Source of the DNA: Klebsormidium nitens
Lineage: Eukaryota; Plantae; Klebsormidiophyceae
Length of the DNA: 64,000 nt
Direction of reading: 5' to 3'
NCBI GenBank assembly: GCA_000708835.1
Contig: DF236957.1
Coordinates: forward strand, 124,001 to 188,000
This document shows positions 25,801 to 38,095 of this stretch, one piece after another. Positions within the stretch are counted from its first letter, which is position 1; the number at the start of each line of letters is the position of its first letter. The position numbers and the translations under genes are program-made. Under the pieces are notes generated by a model. That model saw only the letters and a program-made list of their open reading frames with translations, searched no databases and was not told the DNA's origin.

Positions 25801-27429
25801 GCTCTGCTCCTGGAACTGACAGAATGGATTCGATTGCGGTTGAACGGATTGAAATGCGCTTGTTCGTCGCTGAGTATCAATTCAAGCGGTATAAATTTCG
25901 GCGACCGAAGCAATGGCATGTGACTGTTACGTGCGAGAGTGGAATGGATCTCAGGAAGGACTCTTGAATCTCTAGGTTTTGGCCAAAGGTAGAGAAATGC
26001 GACAAGCTCATGTCGTTTCGCTGATATTTTGGAAACGAACCATTTCAAGCCGACGAAGTCGTCAAAAACGAAGGCGCCCCTTCACTATGACACTGATAGC
26101 TTCGTGCGTTCCTTGGTCATTCGGACCTCGTTTTCAGGTTTGGTGCGACTGCGTGCGATCCTGGACTCCTATGTGAATCAGAGTCGGTGCAGATTGATCA
26201 GTATTGGACGCTCCCAGTCTTTTGAGTTTATTTTTGCACTGTGTCCAGATACATTTGATACTCTTTGGGGATTGCATTACTTTATTTGCCTTGATCAGAG
26301 CTTCAGTTTTGGGAACACAAATTCGAGATTATTAGTGACGTCATTAGGCCCAGGTTTGTAGAGCGCGTGAGAAACCTGTTTCAAAGTTTGACAGGACGTT
26401 TCACTTTGTGAGTCCTCCAGAATACGTAATTAATCTGCAATGTTTGTGGTCATCTTTACACCCTCGTCCCCCTTTTCGTATATAACCTGTATTGTCTGAT
26501 ATTACCTTGGCTCTCCTGGTCAACGCGCTGACGTCACCCTTCTCGTCAGCTTCGTCGAGCAAGAGGTGGACCGCTTGAAGGGCCTGTCCGCCGTCGTGTA
26601 TCTAACCTACATTTCTGACGTCATTTTGGCACTCCTGGTCAACGCGCTGACGTCACCCCTCTCGCCAGGTTCGTCGAGCAAGAGGTGGACCGCGTGAAGG
26701 GCCTGTTCGAGTCCAAGAAGAGGGCGCTCGTGGGGGAGCGCGACAAGGCGAGCGATCGCGCTCGCGTGGCCGAGGGGGCCCTGCGGGAAGCCCTGGAAGC
26801 GGCTGAAAAAGAGAAAGGAGCGTTGCGGATGGAGCTTGACGAGCTGCGGTCCGAATCCGTGGTGAGAGTTTGCTCCGTTTAAGCGACTTTTAGCTTCTTT
26901 GGCGCTTCTTGATCTGACTTCGGTTTCGATGACAGTTGATCCCCCGTGATAGCCTCTTCACTTAGGGTTTGAAACGTGTCTAAAAACGTCCCTGCCGGAT
27001 AGATTCTCGGTGCTGCCACCCGGATTCCAGGAACAAAAATCTCTTGGGCATTGGATTGTCTGGTCTTTCGCCAAAATGCTTCTATGCGGCAAGTGCATAG
27101 AAACTTAGGATAAACCTTGTTTACGCCTACAGTCTGGCTCATCGTCGTGCTTCAAAGTACTTGCTTCGACCGAAAGGTCTGATAAGCCGCGTATCTATTT
27201 GGACCGAAGTAAACCGACTCCGTCCGAACGGTTACAGGCGCTGCGGAAAGCGTCCGCAGCTTCGGACGCAACCCTGGCGCAGGTCCGAAGTCACTGCCAG
27301 CAGCGCGTGTCCGAAGTCGAGGAGGAAATGCGCGGCCTGCTGCGCGTAATGGAGCGCCAGAAGGCCAAGTCGGCGGTCAAGGTGCAGCAGCTGAGCACCT
27401 TCGTCGAAGAACTCCAGCGGAGTTCCTAA
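16878..27429 (+). CDS. LRRCC1: Leucine-rich repeat and coiled-coil centrosomal/basal-body protein (LRRCC1/CLERC/VFL1-like)
   Basis: N-terminal SDS22-like LRRs (LSLHNNNIAHIERLESLTNLTELNLSSNNL...LHGPR|YSLTSLDLRDN) and an LRR cap (DNPVCHVANYRQAVTTAIPGLQSLDG) in exons 17349-17700 and 18250 onward. About ten E/K/R/A-rich coiled-coil exons follow, ending EEEMRGLLRVMERQKAKSAVKVQQLSTFVEELQRSS*. The first exon (16878-~16947) is phase-compatible. Some internal exon limits are approximate. Confidence 0.8.
21587..26706 (+). repeat. Five separate junction-echo duplications in LRRCC1 introns
   Basis: Copy vs true site: ~21587-21660 vs 21770-21846; ~23899-23975 and ~24051-24125 vs 24202-24290; 25289-25318 vs ~25464-25495; ~25724-25773 vs ~25573-25622 (donor side); ~26508-26587 vs ~26627-26706. 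Confidence 0.8.
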
Positions 27430-28699
27430 GCATAACCGCTGAGGGTTGTATAACTTATGACGGAGCCGTCCTCGCCGTTTCAATGGTTTCGAACGTTTGC
27501 AACGTGGCGTCAATTACATGCCGGGATCTGGTACTTTATAGGCTGTGTGTAATTTGCAAGCTTCTTTCTGTGGATCTCAAGCGGAGCTCCTCGTGGAAGA
27601 GGTCGCCGGGGCTGGTAGGTTGCAAAAGAAACGTAGTCTATCTTCGTTCCGTGCACAGATTTAGCTTCCTATAGAAAAGTTGACAAGTAGCGGAACTTGA
27701 GGGTTCGAAAGTGTGAACCTGAAGCAACCGGTCTCAGGTATACGAATACGAACCGAACCGACCGACATACTACACGTTTATGAGCCCTGTGTTTGTCTGT
27801 TCATCTCTCCCATCTAAGCCGGGCCAGGCTTTGTCGCCTTCGCGCGGCTGACTGTAGCAAGAAAAGCCCCACCGTGTCACACACCATTATCACAGTAACA
27901 TCCAATTAACTATCACTTGCGTGCACGCATCTTATGTATTAACAAATCAAAACGATGCATACATACATGCCGCAATCCGGATCTCAAAAGTTCAGTATAC
28001 CAGCCTGGGGCGCGCCGGCCCCCGTGCTTTGGAACATTAAGTTAGCATACGGTAGTTGCCAGTGCATATTTTGATCGCATTGATTCCGGCATTTGGACCG
28101 CGTACTAAGCTGCAGTGACGGCATCTGCTTGGGCATCGTGTCAAAACATATGTGCAGTGGCGTCCGGACCTCCGCTTTTCTGAATTTCCTTGGTGGGGCT
28201 GGTGGCCGGTTCTCGGAGCTCCGTGGCAAAGAGTCGAGGGGGCTGGTGGCCGGTGCCCGGTTGACGGACCTCTTTCACAGCATTTTATAAGTCACATTTC
28301 TGAAAAAGTCCGCGCCTATATATAATGGACTCCGTATACATGTACCTTCCCTCGGCTGCCCCCTGCAAGAAGCCAGGCTGCACACCAACCGAGGTACCGG
28401 TCGAGTCGAAGAAGATGGTCAAACGGGGTTTTTTCAAAAAATATATATCAGGATTATTGCCTTATACAGCTCCAGATTGGCGGCCCTGTCGGGCCTGTTC
28501 CTTCTAAATGGATTGGTTATGCTTTAAACATATTTTGCATTCCACATCCTCCTATCTGAATCTAATTTCGACTTATTTTCTGTCGGGGCTTGGGCCCCCC
28601 TGGTGGCCGGTTTTTGGCATGCCATTTTCTTGGCATCCTTTGCGCGCTCTGTGTGTGCGCGAGCAGCGGCGCGTTATTTATAATGGAAAGCCGTAGAGT

Positions 28700-29741
28700 T
28701 GATCACAAAATAGGCGCTGTACGACGCCGCGAATGAGGGGGCGACCAAAAGACGGGCTTGTAATTACTGTGGTCGCTATAATACCTCTTAAAATCCATCG
28801 TTTCTACCCCGCCCGACCTTTTCGTCCATCCTTGTTTTCTGGCCAGGGATTATAAAGAACTGTACGCCTTAGGACACGCTGTCCGTTCGATGATGCTCGG
28901 CGCCTTCCCCTGATAATCAGCTCGCTGCTTCTGACACGGATTTCGATACAGTAATATTTCGAATTTTGTCGTCTATCGTGAATTAGTACCTGGTCGGACC
29001 TCCTGTCGCAGTCCGTCCGATGAACTTTCACGTGTGTTAAATAAGAAGCTTTGCCGTCGGTTGATATGCCGACCTCGTACTGGAGGTACACTCACCACGG
29101 GAGTACATTTGCTGAAGTTGGTGTCAAAAATGCCTAAGACCGGCAGCTCGAGTCCTGACCGTTGCCAAGACCAGATTGTACATCGACGGCTCATCATCTT
29201 TCAAACAACTCGATTGAATGGCATGCCGAGTGCAGCACAATGTGCTGCCTTTCTAGTTTTTTCGGAGGTCCGGACGCACTTGCACGTACAGGATGAACAA
29301 TCTGAGGACACCACGCTCATCAGCTGGAGACGTGGGACTCCTATACCTGGCGATGGTCGCCGGAGCGCGGGTGCCAAACCGCACGGCGGCCCCTGGGAGG
29401 CGGCGACGACCTCGACTTACGAGGAATTATACACCTTGCGCACTTGCACGTACAAGTGTTTTGACACGATGCCTTGTGAAGAGGGCGTCAAGAGTCCAGA
29501 CTTCAACGCGCAATATAGTAGTGGCATGGACACTTCTCTTTAAGTTTTAGGTGGCCCGTGCGCATCGAAGGCATGTACTGGCAGGCGCATTGTTGATGCG
29601 GGGTTCGCATCTTCCAATCTGCCTCAGCGAACATTTTGCCTATTCCTTTGGTATATGGTCGCCGAGGCGTTATCAATCATAGGACGCCCTCTTTAAGAGG
29701 TTGACTGAAAAGTAAGTACTGTACGGCGGTATATTGGATCA
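28700..29741. mobile_element. Possible decayed TIR element, ~1 kb
   Basis: Imperfect inverted ends: TGATCACAAAATAGGCGCTGTAC vs reverse complement TGATCCAATATACCGCCGTAC. Inverted GGCGACCA and ACCTCTTAAA motifs lie near both ends. The interior has broken ORFs including LYIDGSS. No TSD. Confidence 0.35.
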
Positions 29742-29765
29742 CGTCAGCAGGATTGAGTCTGAACC

Positions 29766-30215
29766 ATACCGGTACCTCTCAAATTCAATGTTGACTTAAA
29801 GAGGATGTTGCCTAAGGACAGCGCTCGGGGGAACGAACAAAGCTAAAATTAAACTCTAAACCAGTAAATTGATCGAAATGTGGCAACTCCCTTGTCTCCC
29901 AAGGGGCTCGTCTCCTAAGGTTTACAACCCGGGGGACGGGTAGGGTTCGTTGGGTGGTTAGGGTGGGCACTGGGGTGCAGAGCGCGTAACTTTGGGTTAG
30001 AGGTTTTAGTTGTGTTGCCCGGGGCCTCTGAATCTTAAGAGAGTGTCCCTTAGGAGACAAGCTCTTAGGAAGCAATTTGAAAATTTCAATTGTACCATTA
30101 CCCTCCGCACCCGGTCCCGTACCCACCCTAACCCCCAAACCAACCCTACCCATCCTCCGGGCACTCTCCTAATAGTCAACATGGCCCTAGCCCCTTAGTC
30201 AACATGAAATCGAGG
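29766..30215. mobile_element. Outer MITE with ATGTTGACT subrepeat TIRs, interrupted by a second MITE
   Basis: Left ATACCGGTACCTC...ATGTTGACT...ATGTTGCCT; right TAGTCAACAT twice...GAGG. The 3' half of the shared core (CTCCGCAC...CCCTAACC...CCTCCGGG) is at 30103-30161. Ends approximate. Confidence 0.5.
29891..30075 (-). mobile_element. Inner (nested) MITE with GTCTCCTAAGG TIRs and an inverted copy of the shared core
   Basis: GTCTCCTAAGG (29910-29920) pairs with CCTTAGGAGAC (30048-30058). The core CCCGGGGGACGGGTAGGGTT...TTGCCCGG at 29928-30022 is the reverse complement of the core at 3607-3704 and 16326-16424. Confidence 0.6.
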
Positions 30216-30647
30216 CCGGCCCCTATGATTGAGCGGGCCAAGATTTATGGATTGGTACTCCCCCGTCAATCAATCATCAGCCGGCCTCGGCTGAGCCTCT
30301 AATAGACTTCAGCGCGCTAACTTGTGGTGTCACTGCGTCACTGTCATGAGCGTCACTTCTTGAATCCGACCATCCGGGTCTATCCCCCAGCTGCAGCCTC
30401 AGCTTGCTCGCTCGACAAGCTCAAGATCACCCCAACGCCTGTTGTTCCAGATCCCGAAGTCTGACGCTGAAACGATACAAGCTGACAAGCAGCCTCTTGA
30501 AAGCCCCTTGAAAGAGAGTCAGCTGCGAAGAAAGAGCGCGTCTCTGGATGCTTTCGGCTACAGGTCTCCTTCTTTCTTCCTGCGAGTGAGATCATATAAT
30601 CGCACTGCCTGCCGAAGGAGGTTGACCTGTAGGGCTCCAGATCCAGG

Positions 30648-33600
30648 ATGGCATCCCCGTTGGCTCTGCTTCTATGGACAGCGATGCTGGCATTGTGTAC
30701 TGCAAGAGGGGTGAGTACTTCTTCGTTGATGCTGGCGGCATCATGGTCAATGTGGGGGCAGCTGGTCGATTGAGTGCTGGTCTGCAATGAGCAATGTTCT
30801 CCAGTCCTGCAAAATTTGAATAGGAATTGTATTCTCATTCAAGGATAACGGAATCATGCTTCAGGAAAGTTGGGTTTGTGTCAGCTCTTGGAAGAACTAG
30901 GCTGGACTCTCCAAAGGTCTTTCTAAGGACTGAAAAGCTCCTACCAGAAGGAGCTGATGTTCGTGGTTCACACTGCAGTCTGATTGCCAAGGTGTTCTTG
31001 GATCCTGGGATCTGTCGATCAGGCTGAGGGGCTAAATACAGCAATTGCAAACCCGGCTTCATGAGTTTCTAGCCTGCAACTAAATGGCAGAAGTATCCAT
31101 CTCAGAATTCTTCACCTGGCATTGGCGGAGCTGGAAATCTTGTTTCAATTTGCTTTGCATTGACTACAGATGCTCAACACAGTCTGGCGTCACGGTTTCA
31201 ACTATTCCTCTCTATTGGTTTAACGTGCACTAAGATTTTGGAGTTCGACATGGAGGCAGGGCACTCCCCTGGGTTTTGTTTACAAATATTCCAGTGTCTA
31301 GAATCTCAGGTGCTTTGCCTCTTCATAAGGTGACCTCCATTGATCAAGGAAAAGGATCCTCTGAGACACATAGGACTGCTTCAAGACATAGTCAGCCACA
31401 AGGAACTGTCTAGCTATAGCTGAACGGCCACTCACTGTGCTTCATCCCCTGACATTTCCACATTCTTGGAAACTGAAATGCACATGGCACTGTATCCATC
31501 CCTGCAGATTGCAGCTGATCTTTCTTCTAGCACGTGCTTGATCTACTCGCCATCCATGAACACGAGCATCGCTGCCAGCCCCTTGACATACTTCAGGACC
31601 ATCGTCACCTCGGGCCCCACGGCTTATAATTACAGCGTGTTTGGAGCACCTCCAACTGGTATGTACCTCTTTCTTTGAAACGTTCAGGTGATGTGAACGT
31701 GGCCCTGTTAGCGACATGGTGCACGAGCTCTAGCTTTCTGCAAAACACTTACCAATCCAAGCCAACCTCAAAACGTGAGCAGCTGCACATTCAATTGGTG
31801 AAGTGCTCATATCAATGGCTGTTTTTGGCTCACATATCTTGAAAATGGACAGGAAGAATCAAGAGAGCTGTCAAGAGTAACAAGCCGGACCATCATAGAA
31901 CTGAAACGCTTTTTTCAAAGCTAAGATGGACTTAGAAGGTAGCCACAAATCGAAGAATGTTCCCAAGGTCCACCAGCTTTAATCAGGCTCGTGATGATTA
32001 CTCGACTAGCTTTCACAGGATTCAGATTTGAGCAATTGCAGGTCAACTTGGTGAAGCTACCACAGCAGCTGAAGCCCTAAGATTTAGGGCAACTGCCGCA
32101 ACGTTTGCAGCGCTGCAGGGCGCATTTGTATCCTTGTTGGTAAGTATGGCTTCTAATACGCTTCCGTGTTAGCAGTTGTTGTGCTGTGATTTCCACTGAA
32201 AAAATGCGAAAACGAAATCCTGCTAACTTGACATATTTCATCACCCCTTGTGTATTTCTTAAACCATCTTCCTGGAGCAATTTTTCATTTATGGATGTAT
32301 CTGCTTTCGTGCGATAAGGGGACCAGGCAATGATGATCATTAGGGTTCTTGACATTCTACAATGTGCCATGCTTTCAAGTTTCTTCTACATCGTGCGCAG
32401 GGCTCTGGGAATTTCTCTATAGAGCAGTGGAGCGACTTCCAGACCCTCTTACAGTCAAACACTGGCGGTGCTTCCCCACCGTACTCTCTTCCGTTCTGGG
32501 AGGATGATACATTCTTTGGCTTCACGAGGAAGTCTGTAGCTGCCCAATACCTGGCCCAAGCTCAGACACTGCCCTTCAATCTGACAGACTCTGACGTCTC
32601 CAGTATCCTGGGAAACGAGGTCGGTGCAGCTTCCAAGCCTTGACCATTCAGGTGCTCTAGTTCACCAGCTTCCGGTGGTCTTGATTGCGTCTTAAGGGAT
32701 CCCTAGGCCTGGAGGCAAGTTATCATGCTGCAAATTCTGGCTTCAAAAGTGCATGCACCATCAATTCTTGGTTGTAATCTTACATTGGTGCTTTGAACTT
32801 GGAAGCCACCTCTCTGGTATGGATTCTGTGATTACAGACCCTTGAGAGCGCCTTGCAATCTGGGAGGCTCTTTGTTGAAGACCTCAGCTACCCAAGCGTC
32901 CTTCCCTCGGCATTCTTCCGACCAAATCGGACCGCAGTGGGGGTTGTTGCTCTCTTCTTCCTGAATGACCAGGTATGAACATTGCAAGCGCGTATCTTGG
33001 CTTCTCTGGAGAGGAAAGAGTCGCACCTACCGTATCCTGCAAATATTTTGCTTTCGACATTGACGACACATTGTGGATGGAACAGTTTAGGCTAAGCTTC
33101 GTGTCCATGTAGTCGACTTGATCACCCAGACTTAAATGCATTCATCTCTTCCTTCAGACTCCGGTACGCTTTTCGGCTAGCGTAGCTCTGGTCTGTATAG
33201 TAAGCATTCAGAGAGTTTAGAAGGCTGGTCTGAGGATGCTTCAAGCTCTTCGGCGTACTTCGCTTCCCGAGGGAAGCTAACGTTTCGGCTCGAGAACCTG
33301 CGGTCGTAATGCCTCTGTTGCTCAAGGTGGAGCTTACGAGTTGTCGTGTTTGATATACGTCCTGATAGCTCTTGGAAAGTGCAGGGAGATTTGCTGCCAA
33401 TTGCTATTCAAGTAGCAGGATCGGCGGGGATCTGGACTCCCAAGGTTAGTTTGGAGATGCCTTTCCTGAATGAAAATGTCGTCACAATCCAACATAATTC
33501 CGAGTGCTTTTGTTAACAGGCTTCGCTATTCGCTCGCCTTCTTTTGATCAAACGTTTCTGCCTTCATTCGGAACGGGTGAAAAATGAGGGTTCTGAAAGT

Positions 33601-36600
33601 CCAAAGTTGGCGAAGCTACTTCGAAAAAAAGGACTTCTCTCGGTCTTAATTGCACGGTCGACACGATATCAGTAAGCCCCTTTGGAACTAAATAGGGTTT
33701 ACATAGTAATAGGAGAAGCGCGGCTTGATGAGAGCTATCAGGCTCGATCAACCTCGGCAGGTTGATCACAGAACCTTCTCGTTTCTCTGCAGGATGCTCC
33801 ATTTGACTGGCTGCTTGCCAAGCTTTATGCCAACACTGCATCCTTCTACCTCGAGCAAACTGATCATTTTGTCAGGACGCACCTCGTTCCCTCCTCAATG
33901 CGCATAGCCGCCAGCAAGTGAGAATGCTTCCTTGCGTTTTAAACTTCTCATGCGTTAGTAATCTGGTTGTCTGCAAATTTGGGTCTGGTCTCAAGCAGAT
34001 TGAAATACTGCTCAACTGATCCTATCTTACAAATCAGGATTGTAAAGTCAAGAGGAAAAGTCCGGCAATTTCTCTAGGCTTTCTCCGATAACTTCCGCTT
34101 ACGTTCAGACAATTGTTTGCAAGGAAGTGCGCGCTCGAACCCTCACACGCTTCGGAAACTATCTGTCTTTTGGGCCTGCTTTGACGATGCCGCTACTTCG
34201 GATATCAACTTCGTATTCTGCTCACCTTTGCAGTCGCTTGTTCACGTCTCATCCGGTCCGCCTTATCGTTGACCACTACACCTCCGGGGACTGGGGTCCT
34301 GTTGCTGCGGGTCTCCAGATCGTCTTTCAAGGAAACGGAGGAGATTATTACTGGCCCTACAACCAGGTATGGCAGTTTATCAAAGTTTCGCGTCCGGCTT
34401 GAGTCCTCAAAACAACGAACCCTCTCAATTGTCTCGCGAACGATCTGGAAGCCGTTGGTCTCTAGTGATCGGCATGCTGACTGCAATGTCAACCGTCAAT
34501 GTCCTCCACGCTACGATTTTGGCTCGAGTTATTCTGCAACGTTGACAGGTTTCAATTGAGGTGTGTCGAAGGGTGGGGATAGGATCAGCAAGATCATTCG
34601 GGGAGCGACTCTGTAACCGACAGCTTGAGAACGTTCCAACAGGAGCTTGAGCTTCTAGCAGTGGTTCAGGCACTGATTTTTTTGGTCACTCGCAGAACGG
34701 CACGTTGGCAATCCTTGGGATGCTCGTCAGGAACTACAATTGGACTACGGATGATCTGGAGCTGAACATAGCTGGTGAGGAGCGAGCCTTCTTCACTCCA
34801 TCATACTGCAATCGAGTTGCAAATGCCGACTGCGGCTGGAGACAAACCAACTTTGCCAGCGGGCAGGTCACGTGAAACAGGAAAACCGTGTCGACTATCG
34901 TGTTCCGTCTGCTCTGATCGTCCATGCAAACACGAGCCTCGTAACACCCTTCTTACGCAATGCAGATCTTGCCTTCTGCTGTTGAATTTTGCTCGAGAAA
35001 AAGTGGCTTTCTGGTAAAATGAGGTCGCTACCGAGACGTGTTCCGGAAGAGTCCTTCTGCGATCTGTTCGGGAGGCGCACGGTGCCTACTTATCCCCTCT
35101 TTTGTTCCGGAATTCCAAGCCGTCCTACGATGAAAAATTAGAGTCCGTCTTCAAAGCTTCTTGTGAGGCTTTTGATTATCTGGAAAGGTCCTTTGTCATG
35201 TAAGACAAGTAAAGGTGGTCCTGTGGTCATCTACCGGAAACTTTCATGATACGTGTTTAACATGGGCTGCTATTCTCTTGCAAGCCCGCGGCCTAACAAG
35301 CCTACCAAAGTATCCCTACCTGGACGATTTGCGGAAGCACAACGCGGCAATCAGCAACTTTACGGACGCTTACGTGGGTCTGTACTACCAGAACGATGCA
35401 GACGTCCAAATGGACAGAGAGCTTCAGGTAAGAGAATTGTAAGCTCGTCTGCAAGGTCCGACGTAGCACGTCGTAAAAGCTGCCTTTTTTGGATCAAAAA
35501 ATAGAGGAGATTATTTATCACCTCCGCGTAGTGCGGGTTCTTGAGAATCAAACGAAGTTTATCTCGATGATTGCAACAACCAAAATCGTGATCAACTAGC
35601 TGAGGTCCCTACCTTTCTGAACGATGCTGCTGCTGGTCCATTGCTGTGCTGATTATTGCTGTGCACTAACAAAGTAGGCCCCCCAAACGGAATCTGCTCC
35701 TGCGATTTGTCTCGTTAGTAAGTGTCATTCGAAGATGGAATACGTGCTTCTTTGCCTCAGGCGTGGGCCCGCGAAATAGCGTCATCAACCCCAGTGAAAG
35801 GCTTCCCATCTTCCATCTCTTCTAAGGGCGAGCTTTCAGGTAAGAAGACTTCGCTGAGCACTGCTGGTTGTCAAGTGCAGAATTTCCCGCTTATCTCTTG
35901 TCACCCGCTCTCAATCTACTTTCATTCTGCAGGTGCATTAGGCTTTTAGACTTCAAGCGTTCTCTGTCCTCCCGTTGGCCGCAAGGGGATCCGCTACCTG
36001 TGCGACGTACCAGTGCATTCCCCTACTCTTCTGCTTCCACTTCCGACTTCCCAAACTCAACTGTTATAAGTTCCAAGCTCCACGAAGGCTTTGCTCAAGC
36101 ACGAAGTTCCGAACACTTTGCCACCGAAATGCACAGGCTCCGTTCAAGAGAACGTGCACGTGCTCCCGAAGGCGTGAAAACGTCGATAATATAGCCGGCC
36201 TGACAGTGTCAAGACCTAAGCGGTTGTCCCTCTGCCAGGTATCTTGACACACTTCATACGTCTCGTGTCCGTGGAGCACCACCTGACCAACACGTACGCT
36301 ATCTACAATGTTTACACGACGCCTTTTGCAAACCGGTTCATGACGGCGCCGCCTCCCACCTCCAGGGGCACCGTCACCGCTCAGACGATTCTGAAGTACG
36401 TGCCGACCAGTCCACAGGATCTGGTGGGACTCTTCGGGACAGCGGCGCCTTACCGGTGAGAATTGACACACTTCCTATCACGCCCTACTTTCTTCAGGGG
36501 AAGCGAGTGTTCCTAGTTAGTGAAGGATTCGGATAGAGCACACAGTGCACATGATCTTCGAAAAGAGTGGCGAGGAAACATGGTAGATTTGCCACCTTGA

Positions 36601-37132
36601 TTGGAGCGCGATATCCTCCCGTATTGTTTCAGATGTCACCAGAGTTTTGCATTTTGTTAGCCGCCCCTATAGCTCGATCCTCTCTGCCGATATTGACGGA
36701 TCTGCCACCGATAATGGAGTCTCTTGTCGTGTTGGTCGGTTGGATCTCGAGCAAACGGTGCTGCAAATCCAGGAAGTGTGATTGTCAGTGATTCAAGCGC
36801 CCCATGTAGCTACTCCGCAGTCGAACGACAGGCAGTGACGGGCACGATTTGCAGTCGTTGACGGACACACCTTTCCGTTCCCAGGTCGAATTGAGAGGTG
36901 CTCGCTAATAAACCCATGCGCCTGATTTTGCAGTGTCATGCTTGCTCCTGGAGACACCATAATGGGCGCCCTCCAGACGTTCCAGGTCGAGCCGTGTGCG
37001 ACTGCAGCTGTCGAAGCATACTTGCAAGCACTGGCGGTCATTGAAAGTGACATCAGCGCTAGAGAGGCCAATGCGACGTACCCGTTTCCTCTGGCCAAGC
37101 CGAGCATCCTCCCCTACAGGTCCTTCATCTGA
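30648..37132 (+). CDS. LOX: Lipoxygenase, predicted secreted, lacking the PLAT domain (~566 aa)
   Basis: 13 in-phase exons: 30648-30710, 31508-31658, 32042-32139, 32401-32619, 32838-32972, 33385-33444, 33793-33917, 34234-34366, 34696-34774, 35285-35427, 35761-35839, 36239-36455, 36934-37132. Motifs: WEDDTFFG, GRLFVEDLSY, LLPIAIQ, DWLLAK, HFVRTH, YPYLDD, DRELQAW, VEHHLTN and a C-terminal Ile (PYRSFI*). N-terminus MASPLALLLWTAMLALCTARG. The first exon is the least certain. Confidence 0.9.
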
Positions 37133-37825
37133 GTATTGTCGATAGCGGTCATTTGAATGAGCAGCTTCTTGAACCTCGAAAGCTCCTCGAAAGGTAGAGT
37201 ACAATGATGTAAATTTCTCAAGTCTGTTAAGAATGTACTGAAGATTCACGGGATATTTAGTCAATGGTCAGGAGATCTACAAGTCGATGACACATTACCG
37301 GCTAATTGGTAGGAATATTTCATGGCACGATGAGTATTTAAGAGGAAGAACCACAATATGGATACATTACAGCTGCGGAATGTTCAGTGACAACTCTTGT
37401 GGTTCTCAATCAATTTTGATTACGAACGGGCTTGCTCTTTCATCAACATGCGACTCACAGGCTTGTTTGCCTGATCGCGTTTCGATTTTCATTATTGAGC
37501 CGGTTTCAGTGGAACTGCCAACTGGTCTGCCCGCATCTAAAAGTTGATGAAAACCTTATGCTAAGAAGGATACGAAGACCAACATTTGAAGACGCTAGTC
37601 ACAGTGGTATGAGTTGATTGTGCATTAGGAAGACGCAATTAATTATGGTAAAACGGTCCGAAACAGCGACGAAAAAATCCTTTTCGTACTCGCTTGCTTG
37701 CTTTACAGTAATGTCCGCTTGCGGACAGGCTTGCTTTCTTTCAAACGTGCACCCGGTACGCAGCGATCGGTTACGTCAATATATCGCTTTCAACATGCGC
37801 ATGCCTGAACTTTGAGAGCGCTAGC

Positions 37826-37935
37826 CCAGGCCCGCGTGATTAAGCGGCGCGGGACGCGCGTGTACTCAGGGCGGCCGCGCTGAAACCCTGAGGAGACTGG
37901 CGGCCGCGCCACCGACGGCGCCGCGTCGAAGTGAT
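37826..37935. promoter_or_regulatory. CpG/GC-rich putative promoter region upstream of the F-box-like gene
   Basis: A cluster of GCGGCCGCGC, GCGCG and GTGACGCG motifs lies ~160-270 bp upstream of the ATG at 38096. A similar GC cluster at ~48705-48760 lies upstream of the MiaA ATG. Confidence 0.3.
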
Positions 37936-38095
37936 GTACGTGACGCGTGCGGTAACCAGTCGCTCAAACCGGGATTTGCCGCCTTCAGGCTTGTTAAGTA
38001 GGCGCAGCTCGGGTCATCACAGTAGTTCTCATACCTTTTTCGGAACCAGGATTGAGAGGCGCAGCTTTGTAAACAAGACGAAACATTGAAAGCTG

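Noticed and set aside
27990-28690. Repeated CTGGTGGCCGG motifs and a short CAGCCTGG/CCAGGCTG inversion as another hAT MITE
   Set aside because: The TIR is only 8 bp with non-matching flanks, and boundaries could not be defined.
32832-33400. Minus-strand ORFs suggesting a nested antisense gene in LOX
   Set aside because: They overlap true LOX exons 32838-32972 and 33385-33444 and a 400-bp intron, and show no motif.
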